Of a DNA stretch of 64,000 bases, positions 25,566 through 39,100 are shown piece by piece. How positions within the stretch are numbered: the first letter of the stretch is position 1; every line of letters begins with the position of its first letter. Origin of the DNA: Antedon mediterranea (Eukaryota; Animalia; Echinodermata); the NCBI RefSeq assembly GCF_964355755.1, contig NC_092672.1:2046001-2110000 (forward strand). Direction: 5' to 3'. The notes beneath the pieces were generated by a model. The model did no database searches and was not told the DNA's origin. It saw only the letters and a program-made list of their open reading frames with translations. A program made the position numbers and the translations under genes.

Positions 25566-27177
25566 AATAGGCCTATACGTGATAAACCTAGTTGTTATTT
25601 TTTATGACGTACCACCAGTACAGTATGCATTGAATTTTATCATCAATATCGAGCATAGCATAGCAATTAAATAAGAATTTACAATAAGCCGAGAGTAGAT
25701 AATTCAATTCTGTCAAGGTCCACACACGATATCAATTTTGATTCTTTCTATCCCGGGTTCGATACCAATGACCTACTGCTTGAAAACCAATAGAGGCATC
25801 CGGAGATGCATGACTGATTTTGTTTAAATAACATATAAATAAAACTCCAAATAAGTAAGAGAGATGGAAGTCATGATTCGATGTTTCAATCTATGTGATC
25901 AATATCAACAGGAATTAAAATATGACGTCATAGGCAGACGATATGTACAACTATACAAAAGGTATTATGTAGGCCTACCAAATGAGGAATATCGAACCAT
26001 GGTCTATTAATTATGATCCGACTTTTCCATTTTTTAGGCCTAGAGTTTATTTTGATGTATGTCTTATGGGCTATTATAGGATTTCCGAGTGTCCATTTAA
26101 TGGAAGTACATACCGTAACGGTACCTCATTCTAAGTATACCAGAGGTCATTATTTTTAAAACAATAAGGTTTTTACTACTTTAAATCTGATTTGATCCCT
26201 TCATTCATGTAAGTAAGAAATCCGATTATACAATCCGAGATTTCGGATTATAAATGAAAATCCAATTAAAAGAAAGTTGAAAATCCCGTTTTATTTTACC
26301 GTTACCTTCAGTGCTTCTTATAAAAGTGATAACAAAAAGCGTTTTGTTTTACTGCACGACACGACCAATTCAATCGACAGGTAAATAAAATAAAGCCACA
26401 CAATAATTGGCTTGGTTCCCACCCACACAACGCAACGACATGACGTAGTGGGCCGGCAGGCAGAGCGCGCAACGAATTCACACAGCAGCAGACAGTTCGG
26501 ATAATCCATCGCTTATGATTGGTCAAATTACTTACGGTGCGCTTGCGTTGCGTCTAATAACCCATCCGTTATAGTCTATCGATTAATCAATACAGCGCCA
26601 GTGGTATAATACAGTTAAATCACAAAATTCACAGTAACTGGCCATCCCATATGTACTGAGAACAACAGCATGTATTCACGTCGGACACGCCATTGCTAAC
26701 GGATTTAAAAAAAAAACTCGTTCTTTTAGACAAAATATATAAAATATTAAAAAAAAAAACCCCTGAACAAACGACCATTCATTAGGCTTACGTTATCTAT
26801 TAAAATGAGAATGACTTTGGTAAAAAGCTTGACCCACGTATAATCTGTATCTATTCTAGGCGGAAAATCGCGTAGTAGCTTGACCCACGTATAATATGTA
26901 TCTGTTCTAGGCGGAAAACCGTACCGCTGTTACCGCTCGTCTGTAGTGTACTGTAGTTTGTCTATGACAAAGTCAAAACGAGGCTCCTCCCATGTTAAAT
27001 TCAGCTTAATGATTGGCTCTCACTTTATATGGCATTTCCCGTGTGTATCACAAATCTGTAATAGCCACATATCATCATAATTAGTGACCGTATGCTAGAC
27101 GTGTAACAACAGTTCTTTCTCTGTTACATATTACTTTGAAGATTTAACAGAAAGAAGTAAAACTAAAATCTAACAAA

Positions 27178-30100
27178 ATGTCAACCACCAAAGATAATAC
27201 ATGGGAAGACACGATGTGGGATTCATATAACTTTCTGATGAAATGCCCGGATGTGGATCGTCTTCGTAAAATTCTAGTACGACATGAGTTATTCCAAAAA
27301 TCATTAACTGTTCCAGGTAAGTGCAATTTATGTTAATCTATGTTAATATATGTTATGTGCACGCACGCGCTCCCAATTTGACCCGTCACAATATCACGTC
27401 GTTGTTCCCATAGAGATATTTTCACTATACTCTAGTCTATGTTTGGTCGTCCTCATAGTACTGTACATATAACATCTTATAAAATATCTGAAACTTTGTG
27501 TTTTAAAATATGAATATAAACATTTATAAAAACTGTACATAAAGAAAAACAACACCAAACAGATTGTCTAGAGACAATGAATTCCTATAATCATATCGTT
27601 GCAACGAAAGGTGGTTTTAATATATACTTACAAAATGATAAATTGTCCTACTACAGTACTACTACTACTAGTAGATAAATCCTTGTCGGGCGAAAAAATC
27701 GTTAATGCAGTCGTTAAAAAGATTACGGCAAGACAACGATTTCTTTACCGACAAGCTTCTTTTTTAAATGAAAATGCAAGAAAAATTTTAAGCTATGCAC
27801 TTATTCAATGTAACTTCGATTATGCATATTCATCGTGGTATTCTGCCACTACAAAGAAATGTAAAAATAAGTTACAAGTCATGCAAAACAATATGGTTAG
27901 ATATAGTTTAAGTAAAGGACCAAGAACCCATATTGGACAGAAAGAGTTGAATAAACTAGGATTATTAAATGTCGAAGACAGAGTAACTCAAATTAAGTTA
28001 AATACAGTACATAAGATTTTAAATAATTTCGCTCCCTCGTATTTAAATGAATATTTTGATAAGGTGTGTGACCAACATAGCCATGGTACACGACAAAGTG
28101 AATTCAACTTCATTCCGCCAAAAGCATCTAAAGCTATCGATGGAACTTTTTATGCTACAGCCATTAATGACTGGAATAAATTACCAAACGACATAAAAAA
28201 CACCATGAGTGTTGGGATATTTAGAAAACTGGTTAAAGAATACTTAACGAACAAAAGAGAAAACCGGTAAATAAGGATAAAATAATTTAAAATCACAATA
28301 CAATACTACAGGACCCCAACGGAAATAAACATAGGTAATTGGTTTTTTTGGGCTATCCTGGTCGAAATCAACTTAACTGTTTTATTCTCATGTTCATAAC
28401 TTTATTCTGCTGCTCTCTTTTTAACTGAACGCTTTTTAATATTCTTTTGTCTTTTTATAACTTGTTTTTTTTATGACTTTTTTAAACTATGGTACTGAAC
28501 GATATTCTGTTTTAATGCTGTATTTTATGCCATTTTTAACTATTTTTAAGCCATTTTTTAACCTTCATTTTAGACTTTTGCATTGTTTTTTGATTGTTTA
28601 TAACATTTTTTCCTTATTTTTAATTGTGTCAAGTTTTAACTTTTTGTATTGTATGTAACATTGTTATGTAATCATGTATTGTATGTTGATTTTGACCGAA
28701 TAAATGAATGAATGAATAGTAGTACTAGACCTCTTAATACAATGTAGTAATTACAGTGATGTATAGCTTAATTCATGGAGGTATACACTTAATTTTATAG
28801 CTCCATGATTTAATCACAGTACGAATCCCTGCCCACCAGGAAGGAAGTTGAATTACAATACAACTCCCTTCGCTAGCCTTAGGTTTTCAGATATCAGAAA
28901 GGGGCGTGTCCAAGACGACGCGTTAAATAAATGCCATTTCTTCTAACCTTTGATTGGGAATGTTTATAAAAGATCAAACCATTTGGAATTATATTTCCTT
29001 AGTTGTTTAGACAACTCATCTTGAATATCATACGATTTAATGTGTACTAATAATAGACTCGGGGTCGAAAAAAACTTGTTTTGTTGTAGACTGTCTTTCT
29101 TGTCTGGCAAACTATTATTACCTCCACGTTTACAACTATACACTTTTGGTCAGCATTTCCGATAATCAGCATCCTTCCGTGCATCCATGCTGGTAAATTT
29201 TTTTAGATTTTATGTAGGCCTAACTATGATTTTTTCTGGCTGTTTCACTTTATCGTTTTGATTTAGCTTTTCGCTTTTTTTTGTATCTCTATTGAGATCC
29301 ATCCACTGATTTTCAGTAATTTGCCTTTGGATTTATGATTCAAAATATTTTTTTTTTATTTCATAAGCATCCAACAGCGTGTGACTCGCCAATTACAGGA
29401 TGGATAGACTATTTTATAATTTATCGTGCTTTTATAAAGTAAGTCTCATTTGAGGCTTATGTGTTCAACAGAGTCGTGAGTTATACAACTCTGGCACTAA
29501 TATTTAGGATTGAACCCTGGACCCTAGGATTGGAAGGCAAGCACATTACAGCAAGCCACAGCTCCATTAATTCATTTTATATTTTATTCAAATTATAAAA
29601 TCTCAGAATGAAAAGCCAACAACCGAACTAGGAACTTTCTACCTGATATGCACAGGGAGTTGGATTATTTTACGACTCCCTGGTCCTAACCATTTTAATA
29701 GACCACTGGGGCGTTCATGTTCAAATTCGATTTGAGCGACACCCTCGGCGTGTCGTACGCATATATAGGTGATTGACAGACAATATGAAAGTTATGTTAC
29801 TAAATAATATAATTGTGATAACTGCTACAGTACAAGGTTGACAATTACAATCGATTTTAATCAAACAGCCGTTTGACTGTTAAATGAACAATATAGCAGG
29901 GATGATTTTCATTCATCATTTATGAACGAACCATTGTGAATAATATTAACAACAATAATAATAATAATAATAAATACTGTAGTATAATTTTTTTAATTCG
30001 CAATCATTCATAAAAGGTCAATCATTCATAAAAGGTCAAGACTCTTTGTGTAAATATAGATTAGTATTCGTGCGAGTTGTATTGTTCTGTAGCGTATTAT

Positions 30101-33100
30101 TGTATATTTTACAATTATTATTACTATTTTTTCAAATTACTTCGATTTATTATTTATTTAATTCAAATTATATTCCTTGATCGCACTCACTCACCTCAAA
30201 AGAAAAGGCCCGCAAAAAGGTTTCAACATAATCGCTTTCCTTATAATGAATTGAACTGGTTAATGCCAGAATCTTATGAAATATGAAATGCAGAATGAAT
30301 TTTTACCTAAAGTAAAAGTAAAATAAAATGAATTGTTAGTTTCACGTCCCGTCACGATTTTATTAGTTTACTATTTTATTGTATTTTACTAATACGTCAA
30401 AATCGTGATCCCTTTCTTCTCATTTTGCTCATGGCAGAGGTTGCAACTCTTTGGTTAATTGAAAATACAATATAGATCCCGGATGTGAAACGAAATTCCG
30501 TATCCGGTACTCTGATTTATCAGGGAGTAGTCCTGGATTAATGCAATAAATGCAAATTTAAATTAATTACTATCTACTTTGCCACTCTTTGATAAAGGTA
30601 CCTGTATATATGTTGCATTTGTTATGTTATAATCTTATTTTCTGTTATATTTATATTTACCCTAGTTTTTGTTTGATGATAAAAGTCTGACATGATTTTC
30701 CGAAAAAACTATAATACATCTGAAAGAGTGAAATTAGAGTGTAAATTCACTCTTTCCTGGTTCAACAACAACAACAACAACACATTAATTTATAATCTTT
30801 ATGGAAAACACGATATGTTCTTCCAAGTTAGCTCAGTGTTGTCTTTTAAATTGTTTTTTTTTTCAACTTTTCGGCGTCGTTTTCATTTCTGTTTTGTTTA
30901 TTTTTTTTCGCATTCCGAATATTCCGAAATTGGTGGTTGTTGTTTTTTGTTTGTTATTTGGATGCGCTTTTATAAAAAAAAGAATGGCGCTTTCGTAAAT
31001 GTGAAATTACCACTACAACTTGTTGTTATTAGTATTATTAGGCCTAATCAAAGCAAAACGAGATGATGAAAAATGGCAAAACGCTTTCTACTTTCAGGAG
31101 GTTTATGTGGTTAAAGTTATAAGCTGGAAATTTATCAAACTTTACTTACTTTCACCTTACTTTAAAACAAATTATAGGAGTGTCCAGTGTATTAGGTACC
31201 CCTTTTAGTGGCTCCAATGGACCATATAACATTGTATTTGATGACTCCTATATAAACAGGATAACTTAATGACTAGTGCTGATTTTGCAATTTTTGTCTA
31301 AAAACTAAATAGGGCCAGTGGAGTGGAAGCTTTGTACTGTATTTGAAAACAATATTTTTAGTCTAAGTAATAATGAAAACTTAATGACGTCTTTGGCTAC
31401 TTGTTATTGATTGTTTGACGGTCAGCGCGTAAGCCCACTTCAGCGCGTAAGCCCGGGTCACAGCTAACAAAGTACAACATTATTTGCATTTCATTGAACA
31501 AGAATTAATTAAGAACAAAGGTATAACAAATATTATTTTTTTATTCACAACAGGCGATATTGTGGAATGTGGTGTATTTAAGGGTACCGGATTAATGCAA
31601 TTCCTGAAGATGCGACAAATGCATATGCCAGGCTCTATGAAGAAGGTTTGTTACTTCGTCATTCAAACACATACAATCATCATATCATAGTATAAAGTTT
31701 CTTGTCCCCTTATCAGCAGATAAGTTTCCGTTTGATATTTTAATTTTAAAAAATGGTTTTCATGTAGGCCTACATTTTGTATATTCGCAATCAATCTGAA
31801 TTCGATTCGCGCGAATGTCTTATCGCTAATGGAAAACAAGCTGTTTTATATAAAGTAAAATTAATAATAAAACTAGGTGTAATAACTAAAAGTTACCACA
31901 TAACAACAATACACCAAAAACCTTGAATATAATTCCCCATGCATAAACTATTTGGAGCACACAAAAGAGAAAATAACTATTTGCCGATGAAGACACACAC
32001 CCACAATCCTAATTCCACTTGACAATCAGTCGACGGTTCGTGGTTGGTTGCGGTTGAGTAAAGACGCACAAATCCTAATTCCACTTGACAATCAGTCGAC
32101 GGTTCGTGGTTGGTTGCGGTTGAGTAAAGACTCACAAATCCGAATTACGACTTTGCTTTTGTTTTAAATTCTTGTTCCCATTAGCAGCACAAGGACGTAA
32201 GGCAAAGATTTAACCAATCACGGTCGAGGGATTATAAAGAGTGTTTGCATTGATCCAAGCTAAAGGCCGTGATGTTGTGAAGCCAATTCGTTCTTTTGCT
32301 GATCTTGAAAACATTTAACTCTTATTTTACACATACATGGAACTGTTTAGATCCATTTGATTTTTTCAAGAACATATTTTGTTTGCATAAACTCTTAATT
32401 TTTGAAATTATTATTAATTTATTTACCTTACATTTAAAGTGTTTCCTCAACTTGTTTATTCATAATTTCTTTTTCTGAATTTCCTAATTCATTATTGAAA
32501 TATTGTTCTCGTTTATACTTTTTCAACATTAATAAGACATTTTTTATATATATATATATATTTTTTTTTTATTTTTTTTTTCAAGAAAAAAAAATGTGTA
32601 GGCACTTTTTATCTCTATGGAGACTGATCTCTGGTATTCCACTTGGTACTTTTATTTTTCTCATTAACCTGTCCCCAGTTTATCTGGTTTTGTTTTTGTG
32701 TTGGATTTTTACTTGTTTATATGTCATTTTCTTCCCAAATGAACCCCTGTACCGAAACATTTCCTAACCAAGATCGATTAAATAATTTAATTTTCAACCC
32801 ATACGCAGACTATGATAAACATGTTCATGACTTTGACCCTGATACCAATTTCCTCTCTTCCTCTATCCAGCTCAATTGTAAGTACTATCAACCTGACCAA
32901 CTAACCAACTTAATTGGAGAGCTCAGTAACGTGAAACACTTTTCTTCCTTGCATATTAATTCTAGAAGTTTACTTCATAACATTGATTCTTTCAAATTAT
33001 TTTTAACCAATGTAAATTATGATTTCGATATAATTGCAGTCTCGGAAACCTGGTTGAAAGATGATAATCCATTAACCAATATCTCCAGTTATTCTTTCAT

Positions 33101-36100
33101 TTCAAAAAACAGACTTGGGCGGGCTGGTGGAGGTGTAGGGCTGTATGTTCGAAATAACAATGTGTTCAAAGAGAGAACTGATCTTTTCCTAGACCCCTCC
33201 CTATGCGACTCCCTTTTTATTGAACTTGAACTTGAATCCAATCAAAACATTATTGTTGGTGTAATCTATAGGGCACCATCTCTTGATACGAATGCTTTTA
33301 TTGACGCTTTTGATCTCCTGTTAAATAATCTAGCAAAAACCAACAAAAAAATTTACTTATTAGGTGATTTTAACATTGACCTACTTAAACATCAGTCCGA
33401 TAATCAATCCAACAATTTTGTTAACTCTGTCTTTAGTAATTTCCTTTTACCCTTAATCAATAGACCAACTCGTATTACCCGAACGTCAGCAACATTAATT
33501 GACAACATATTATCTAATCAAATTGAATCATCAAGTCTATCTGGACTTTTCTATAGTGACATTAGTGATCATTTGCCCATTTTTAACATTACACCCTTAT
33601 CAAATATACCAAACCGTCCCAAAAACTATGTAAGCCCTAATCATACCTACAGAAAATTTAACGAAACAAATATTTCAAACATAAACAACGATTTGTCTAA
33701 CATGAATTGGACTGGTGTTTATGGTACGGATGATCCTAATTTATTTATTTATTTTTTTTATTTATTACGGTATATATAAAATTACAAAAACAATAGCACA
33801 TAGCTAATAAAGTTTGTATTACAATAAAAAATATTGAAATGAAATCTATAAAAACTACAATAATAAATTTGGAATATACAATTACAAAATTTCACAATAT
33901 TGCTTTACTTTCATTTGAAACTGAATTCAAACGACTGTATGATAAACATTTTCCAATTCAAGAGCAGTCTGCAGGGAAAAAAAAAATAAAGACCTGGATG
34001 ACGGATGAACTCTTAAATTCAATAAAGCATAAACAAAAACTGTATTCCAAATCCCTCCGCTATCCGAATGACAAAAACATAAATGAATATAAGCAATTCC
34101 GTAAGGAATGTTGCCCCTCTTATTTTAATAATTTTTACTGTTAATTTTTATTTTCTATGAAAGACAAGAGAAATAAATGTTACTTTGATTGATTGATTGA
34201 TTGATAAAGCTGTCTCTTGTCTTTGGTCAAATTGCTTGCGTTGCGTCTACGTCATTGCGTTGCGTCTACGTTGCGTTTTTCCGGAATACATCACATTTAT
34301 ATCATATGTATCGTAGATCAATACATAAAATCTCACATGATACAGACCAAATATTCATTGTAGCATGTGGCGATACTAGCACTAAGAATCGAGTACGTAT
34401 TTTGGAGTAACCTGTCGTAAAAACCTTTCGTATTTTACGACAGACTTAATTACAAAATACGAAAGCTAATTTTAGAAAATCGACAATAGACGGTTGTTAC
34501 AAAATACGTTTATTGCACAAAATACGACAGTTTGAATAATCAATCGCTCACTCGCGTTGCGTCTACTGCCGCCTTGCGTTGCGTCTACGACTGCCTTGCG
34601 TTGCGTCTACGACTGCCTTGCGTTGCGTCTGCGACTGCCTTGCGTTGCGTCTACGACTGCCTTGCGTTGCGTCTATGACTGCCTTGCGTTGCGTCTACGA
34701 CTGCCTTGGGTGGCGTCTACGGCTGCCTTGCGTTGCGTCTACGACTGCCTTGCGTTGCGTCTACGACTGCCTTGGGTGGCGTCTACGGCTGCCTTGCGTT
34801 GCGTCTACGACTGCCTTGCGTGGCGTCTACGGCTGCCTTGCGTTGCCTATCGGGAACCAAGCAAGTACAGGCTAGGTCAACTCAGACAGCGTCGTACTGT
34901 ACCACGAATCGTCTCATCGGGAGAAAATTAGACATGTTTCTCGCGACGAGCTAACGCCCGGCGCTATCTCAAGACGACTCGTCTCGTCGGGATTCAACGC
35001 AGCAGACAGCACCGACGAGTCAAGACGTTTCGTCGGGCCTCGTCGTACGATGCTGTTTTTGACCATAAATCAACTATAGTTTAACTATACTCCATTCATA
35101 TTTCCACAGGTAATTGGATTTGATTTATTTACTTCACAACCTAAATTAGAAGGAAACGATGATGTACAAATGAGCAAACTATTTACGAGTAGCAACTTCA
35201 AAGGGATACAACCCGAAGATTTACAAAATCAAGCCAAGATGATTTGCGGCGACAACTCGCTGTTTGAACTTGTAGCTGGTGACGTATGTACGTCTTGTTC
35301 ACAGGTATAGTACCATCGTCTGGCAATTCATTCGTCACGCTCTGTCTACACTATCAAACTAGTTTGACAAAAAACAATGATGAAATCATGTCACTACCAT
35401 ATTTGGGCATAAACACACTTTTTTTGTCAAATTAATTTGATAGTGTAGACAGAGCTTTACACAAAGTTCCTGTGTCATTCAGGCTTAGCTATTTAGCCGG
35501 GTACGTTGGTTTCATAGGGTAAAGAGTTAACTTTGGTGGGTCAGAACCGACTTACCCTGGTAAATAAATAAGCCTGAATATGCCTAAAGGGCAATTTAAG
35601 GCCAATTTACGGTAACGGTAAGCACAAAAAAAAACGCGTAGCTTACCCTATCCCACGTATAACCTGTATCTATCTTGAGCGGAAACCACCCGTCTGCTTC
35701 GCGTAGTGTGTGAATGGTCATAATGATAGATTCTGTATTTTGTATTACCGTTTCTTTACTACCGTTCTTTGTAAATTGGCCTTAAACATAATAATTACCG
35801 GTACGACACATTCAGGGCATAATACGGAGGTCTCCATGCCGTGCGTAAGGAGCGTATGTTTAATATAAAATTACGTTAATTTATGTTGTAAATTATAAAT
35901 AAATTAAATTTTTTTTTCACAGTATGTAGAAAACAATCCGGGATTTAGAATATCATTCCTACACATGGATTTGGACGTGGGACCGCCAACACTAGAAGCA
36001 TTAAAAGCATTGTGGCCACGAATTGTAAGGGGCGGAATTGTCGTATTCGATGAATATGCTATTTCAAGGTAGGTTGTTGAGGCTGATTTTATGGGGCGCC

Positions 36101-39100
36101 GTTTGGGACCAATTTATTATTTAAACATCCGATCGGCACCCCGTATATTTCTCTGCTGTATTTCCACATTAAAGCTTGGTTGCCACTAGGACGCAACGCA
36201 AGGACGTAGACACAACGCAAGCGAGTTGACTAACTAATGACAAGCGTGTGTTGCGTCTCTAGTGGGAACCACGCGCATAATGGGGCGCCGTTTGGGACGC
36301 TGTTAATTGTTGAAATAGTAGAAAGTCATAAGTACTTGGGATTAATAATTGATAATAAACTAAATTGGGAGAGCAACACTAAAGAACTCCGTACCAAGGC
36401 TAATAAGAGAATGTACTTTATATACAAAATGAAACGGTTTAATGTTAGTTCTCATCTCATTCATATGTTTTATTCCTCTGTTGTTCAATCAATCATTTCT
36501 TATTGTATTATTGTTTGGTTTTCTCATATCAATGTAAATAGTAAAAGTCAAATTCAGAGATTAGTAAACAAGGCCAGCAGAGTTATCGGTGTAGAAGTGA
36601 AATCTTTAGATGAAATGTTTAATACATTCATACTTAAGAAATTTGACACAATTATGCAAGACCCATCACACCCATTACATTCAGACATCATTATAAGTCG
36701 ATCAGGAAGGGTTAGACTGACACAGGAAAAAATATCCACAAACCGTTTCAGATTTTCACCAATGTACATAGCATGCAATTTATTTAACAAAAACTTTTCA
36801 AGATAGTCACTTGTATCATTTGTATTTATTTATATTGTTATCACATCGTATTATTTATTCTACTCAGGTACAAAACATATCTCGAAATTGTTAACAATTT
36901 TGACAATAAAGTTATCTTGTATCTTGTATCTTGTTGTATGTCAACATCCGGACGGCGCCCCGTATGTTTAACTAATTAATTCGATATTTCTCTGCCGTAT
37001 TTCCTGTGTCAAGTATCAGCATATTCCATGTGATGACGTAGGCTATAGCGGAAATTGTCTGATATAATAATAATAATTTTTTTGGAAAACGCGTTTTGAA
37101 CAGCGGCACACATAATAATGGTGCATCCTTAAAACAATTAAACATACAATATAAAAAATATGAGTATAAAAATAAAGATAGACTAGATTAAAACAGATAA
37201 TACTCAGATAAAACGGAAGTTCGATAAAACCAAATTAAAAATAAACTGTAATACTAAAACCAATTAAATGCAACCCACATAAGCTTGGACACTAAATTAG
37301 CATATCAATTAGTATATGAACAAAGGAATATACAGTACTTAGAATCTATGTTAAGATATACACATTCTTGATACACAGTGTCTACCAGCAAAAATAATAA
37401 GGAACAATAGGAACCCAAATTAGGGACATCAATAAACAGGAAAGCATAGATTAAATTATTTCAGCTGTGGTGAATTATTTGATGACTGTAAACAGAATTA
37501 AGATAACTAAACCAACTTACATACAATAAAAAATTTAAAAAAATCATTCGATAATGTTATACTTTATACGTTGTCTAAAGGCCCATGCTTTCTTAAGATA
37601 TGATTTGCAGAATTTATCAAGAATGTCATGGGCTTTGTTTACCATATTAATCGACATTGTTGGAATGAGAACAGAACAATCACCACCAAGTATAATCATT
37701 AAGATAACCTCTGAATTATTTAACTGGAGTGAATTCCATAGATCTGAAAGACCAGAATCATTAAGGTTTTGTTCCAAGCATTCAAATTCTGAAATTCGCA
37801 CTTCTTGTAGTACTTTACAATTTAACATAAAATGATATAAATCTTCAGGTTCATCCTTACATAACATACAATTACCAGTATTATTCATATCCCATTTACT
37901 TAATCTACTTTCAAGTTGAAGAGTATTTGACCTTGCCTTAAATTTCAATTGAGCACCATGAAAATCAGTTTTAACAGTAAGATAATTTTCTAACTCAGGC
38001 ATTTTTTTAAATTTAACATAAAGTGATAATGATGGTTTGGTACAGCTTTTATTAAACCAATCCAATTCATACATTTGACGATTAACACACTTAAAAGATT
38101 TAAACCATGCTGAATCTATAGGTATGTTATTTGAAAATACATGATTAAATCCAGTATTATTCAGAATACTTTTAATTGAGTTTAACCATCGCCATTTTAT
38201 ATTAACATTATTGTCATGCAAGGTAAATAATGCATGCAACAGCAGCTTTGGCCAACGATGGGCTTCTAAGTTGATAAGCCTGTCAAAATATTTAATTTTT
38301 ATTTCATTATGGGTATTTTCAATGCAGTAAGCAAATACTTAACTCTATACTACATACCGGTCCCCTACTTTGGAACTCTCTTAATCCGTCAATAACTAAT
38401 AGCAAAACAAATAATACTCTAAAAATAAACTACAAATCTTATCTAATATCAAAATATAAAGTAAATTAATTATTTTGATCATATTAATAACTTATAATTA
38501 AATTTAATTAGGCAAATCATATAAATACAGTTTGTCCTTCCTGTCGTCCTTGTCGTGTTTGTATCGTCGTACATGTCCGTCTCTGTCTGTCAGTAGCGTA
38601 CCATCACTTTGCTTATTATTATTATTTTTAACTTTTTTATTCTTTCTGGTGGATCCAGGCTTAAAGCCCCTTGGGGTTTAAATGGTATTCTCCAGGCATA
38701 ATGCAACTATTATTTACTTAATTTCCAACCACTTGTATCTTTTATATTTTGTATATGTTTGCATTATGTGAATAAATTTGAACTTGAACTTGAACTTGAA
38801 CTTGAACTATCCCATCCTAAGTCACCCAACAGAGCCAATGATGGCGTGTTCCAGTGTCAATTCGGTCTGAAACTAACTTTGATAGCTACTTTAAGCGTAA
38901 ACTAAAACGTTTCTTTTCCAACAAGTTTATGGATTAAATTTCGCTGTACAAAGCTTTTGATAATATAGCGTTATATCAAATTTGCAATGTAATGTATACG
39001 GTTTGCCAATACCACACACTATCCACAATGTTATTGTAATTAAATGTACAATATAGCTATTAAATAATGAAATGATTAAGAACCAAGCAATTACCATCAG

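Noticed and set aside
9350-29566. tRNA-like segments at about 9350, 24806, 24977 and 29500 as real tRNA genes
   Set aside because: Only box A/B are recognisable. I could not fold a full cloverleaf, and they lie in or resemble SINE or other repeat elements.
31020-31208. Signal-peptide-like ORF as the first exon of the methyltransferase
   Set aside because: Its start is not ATG and its apparent donor does not give the needed phase 1. Exon 27178-27316 supplies both the phase and the conserved LFQKSLTVP-G motif.
34557-34954. Repetitive ORFs (LRLRLPCVAS...); similar cases at 15993, 20427, 41236-41554, 58178-58496 and 62443
   Set aside because: All are frames through tandem repeats.
27672-38310. 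The four LINE pieces as one fragmented autonomous element
   Set aside because: They have different tails, orientations and clade-type motifs, and they are out of order. No RT catalytic core is present.
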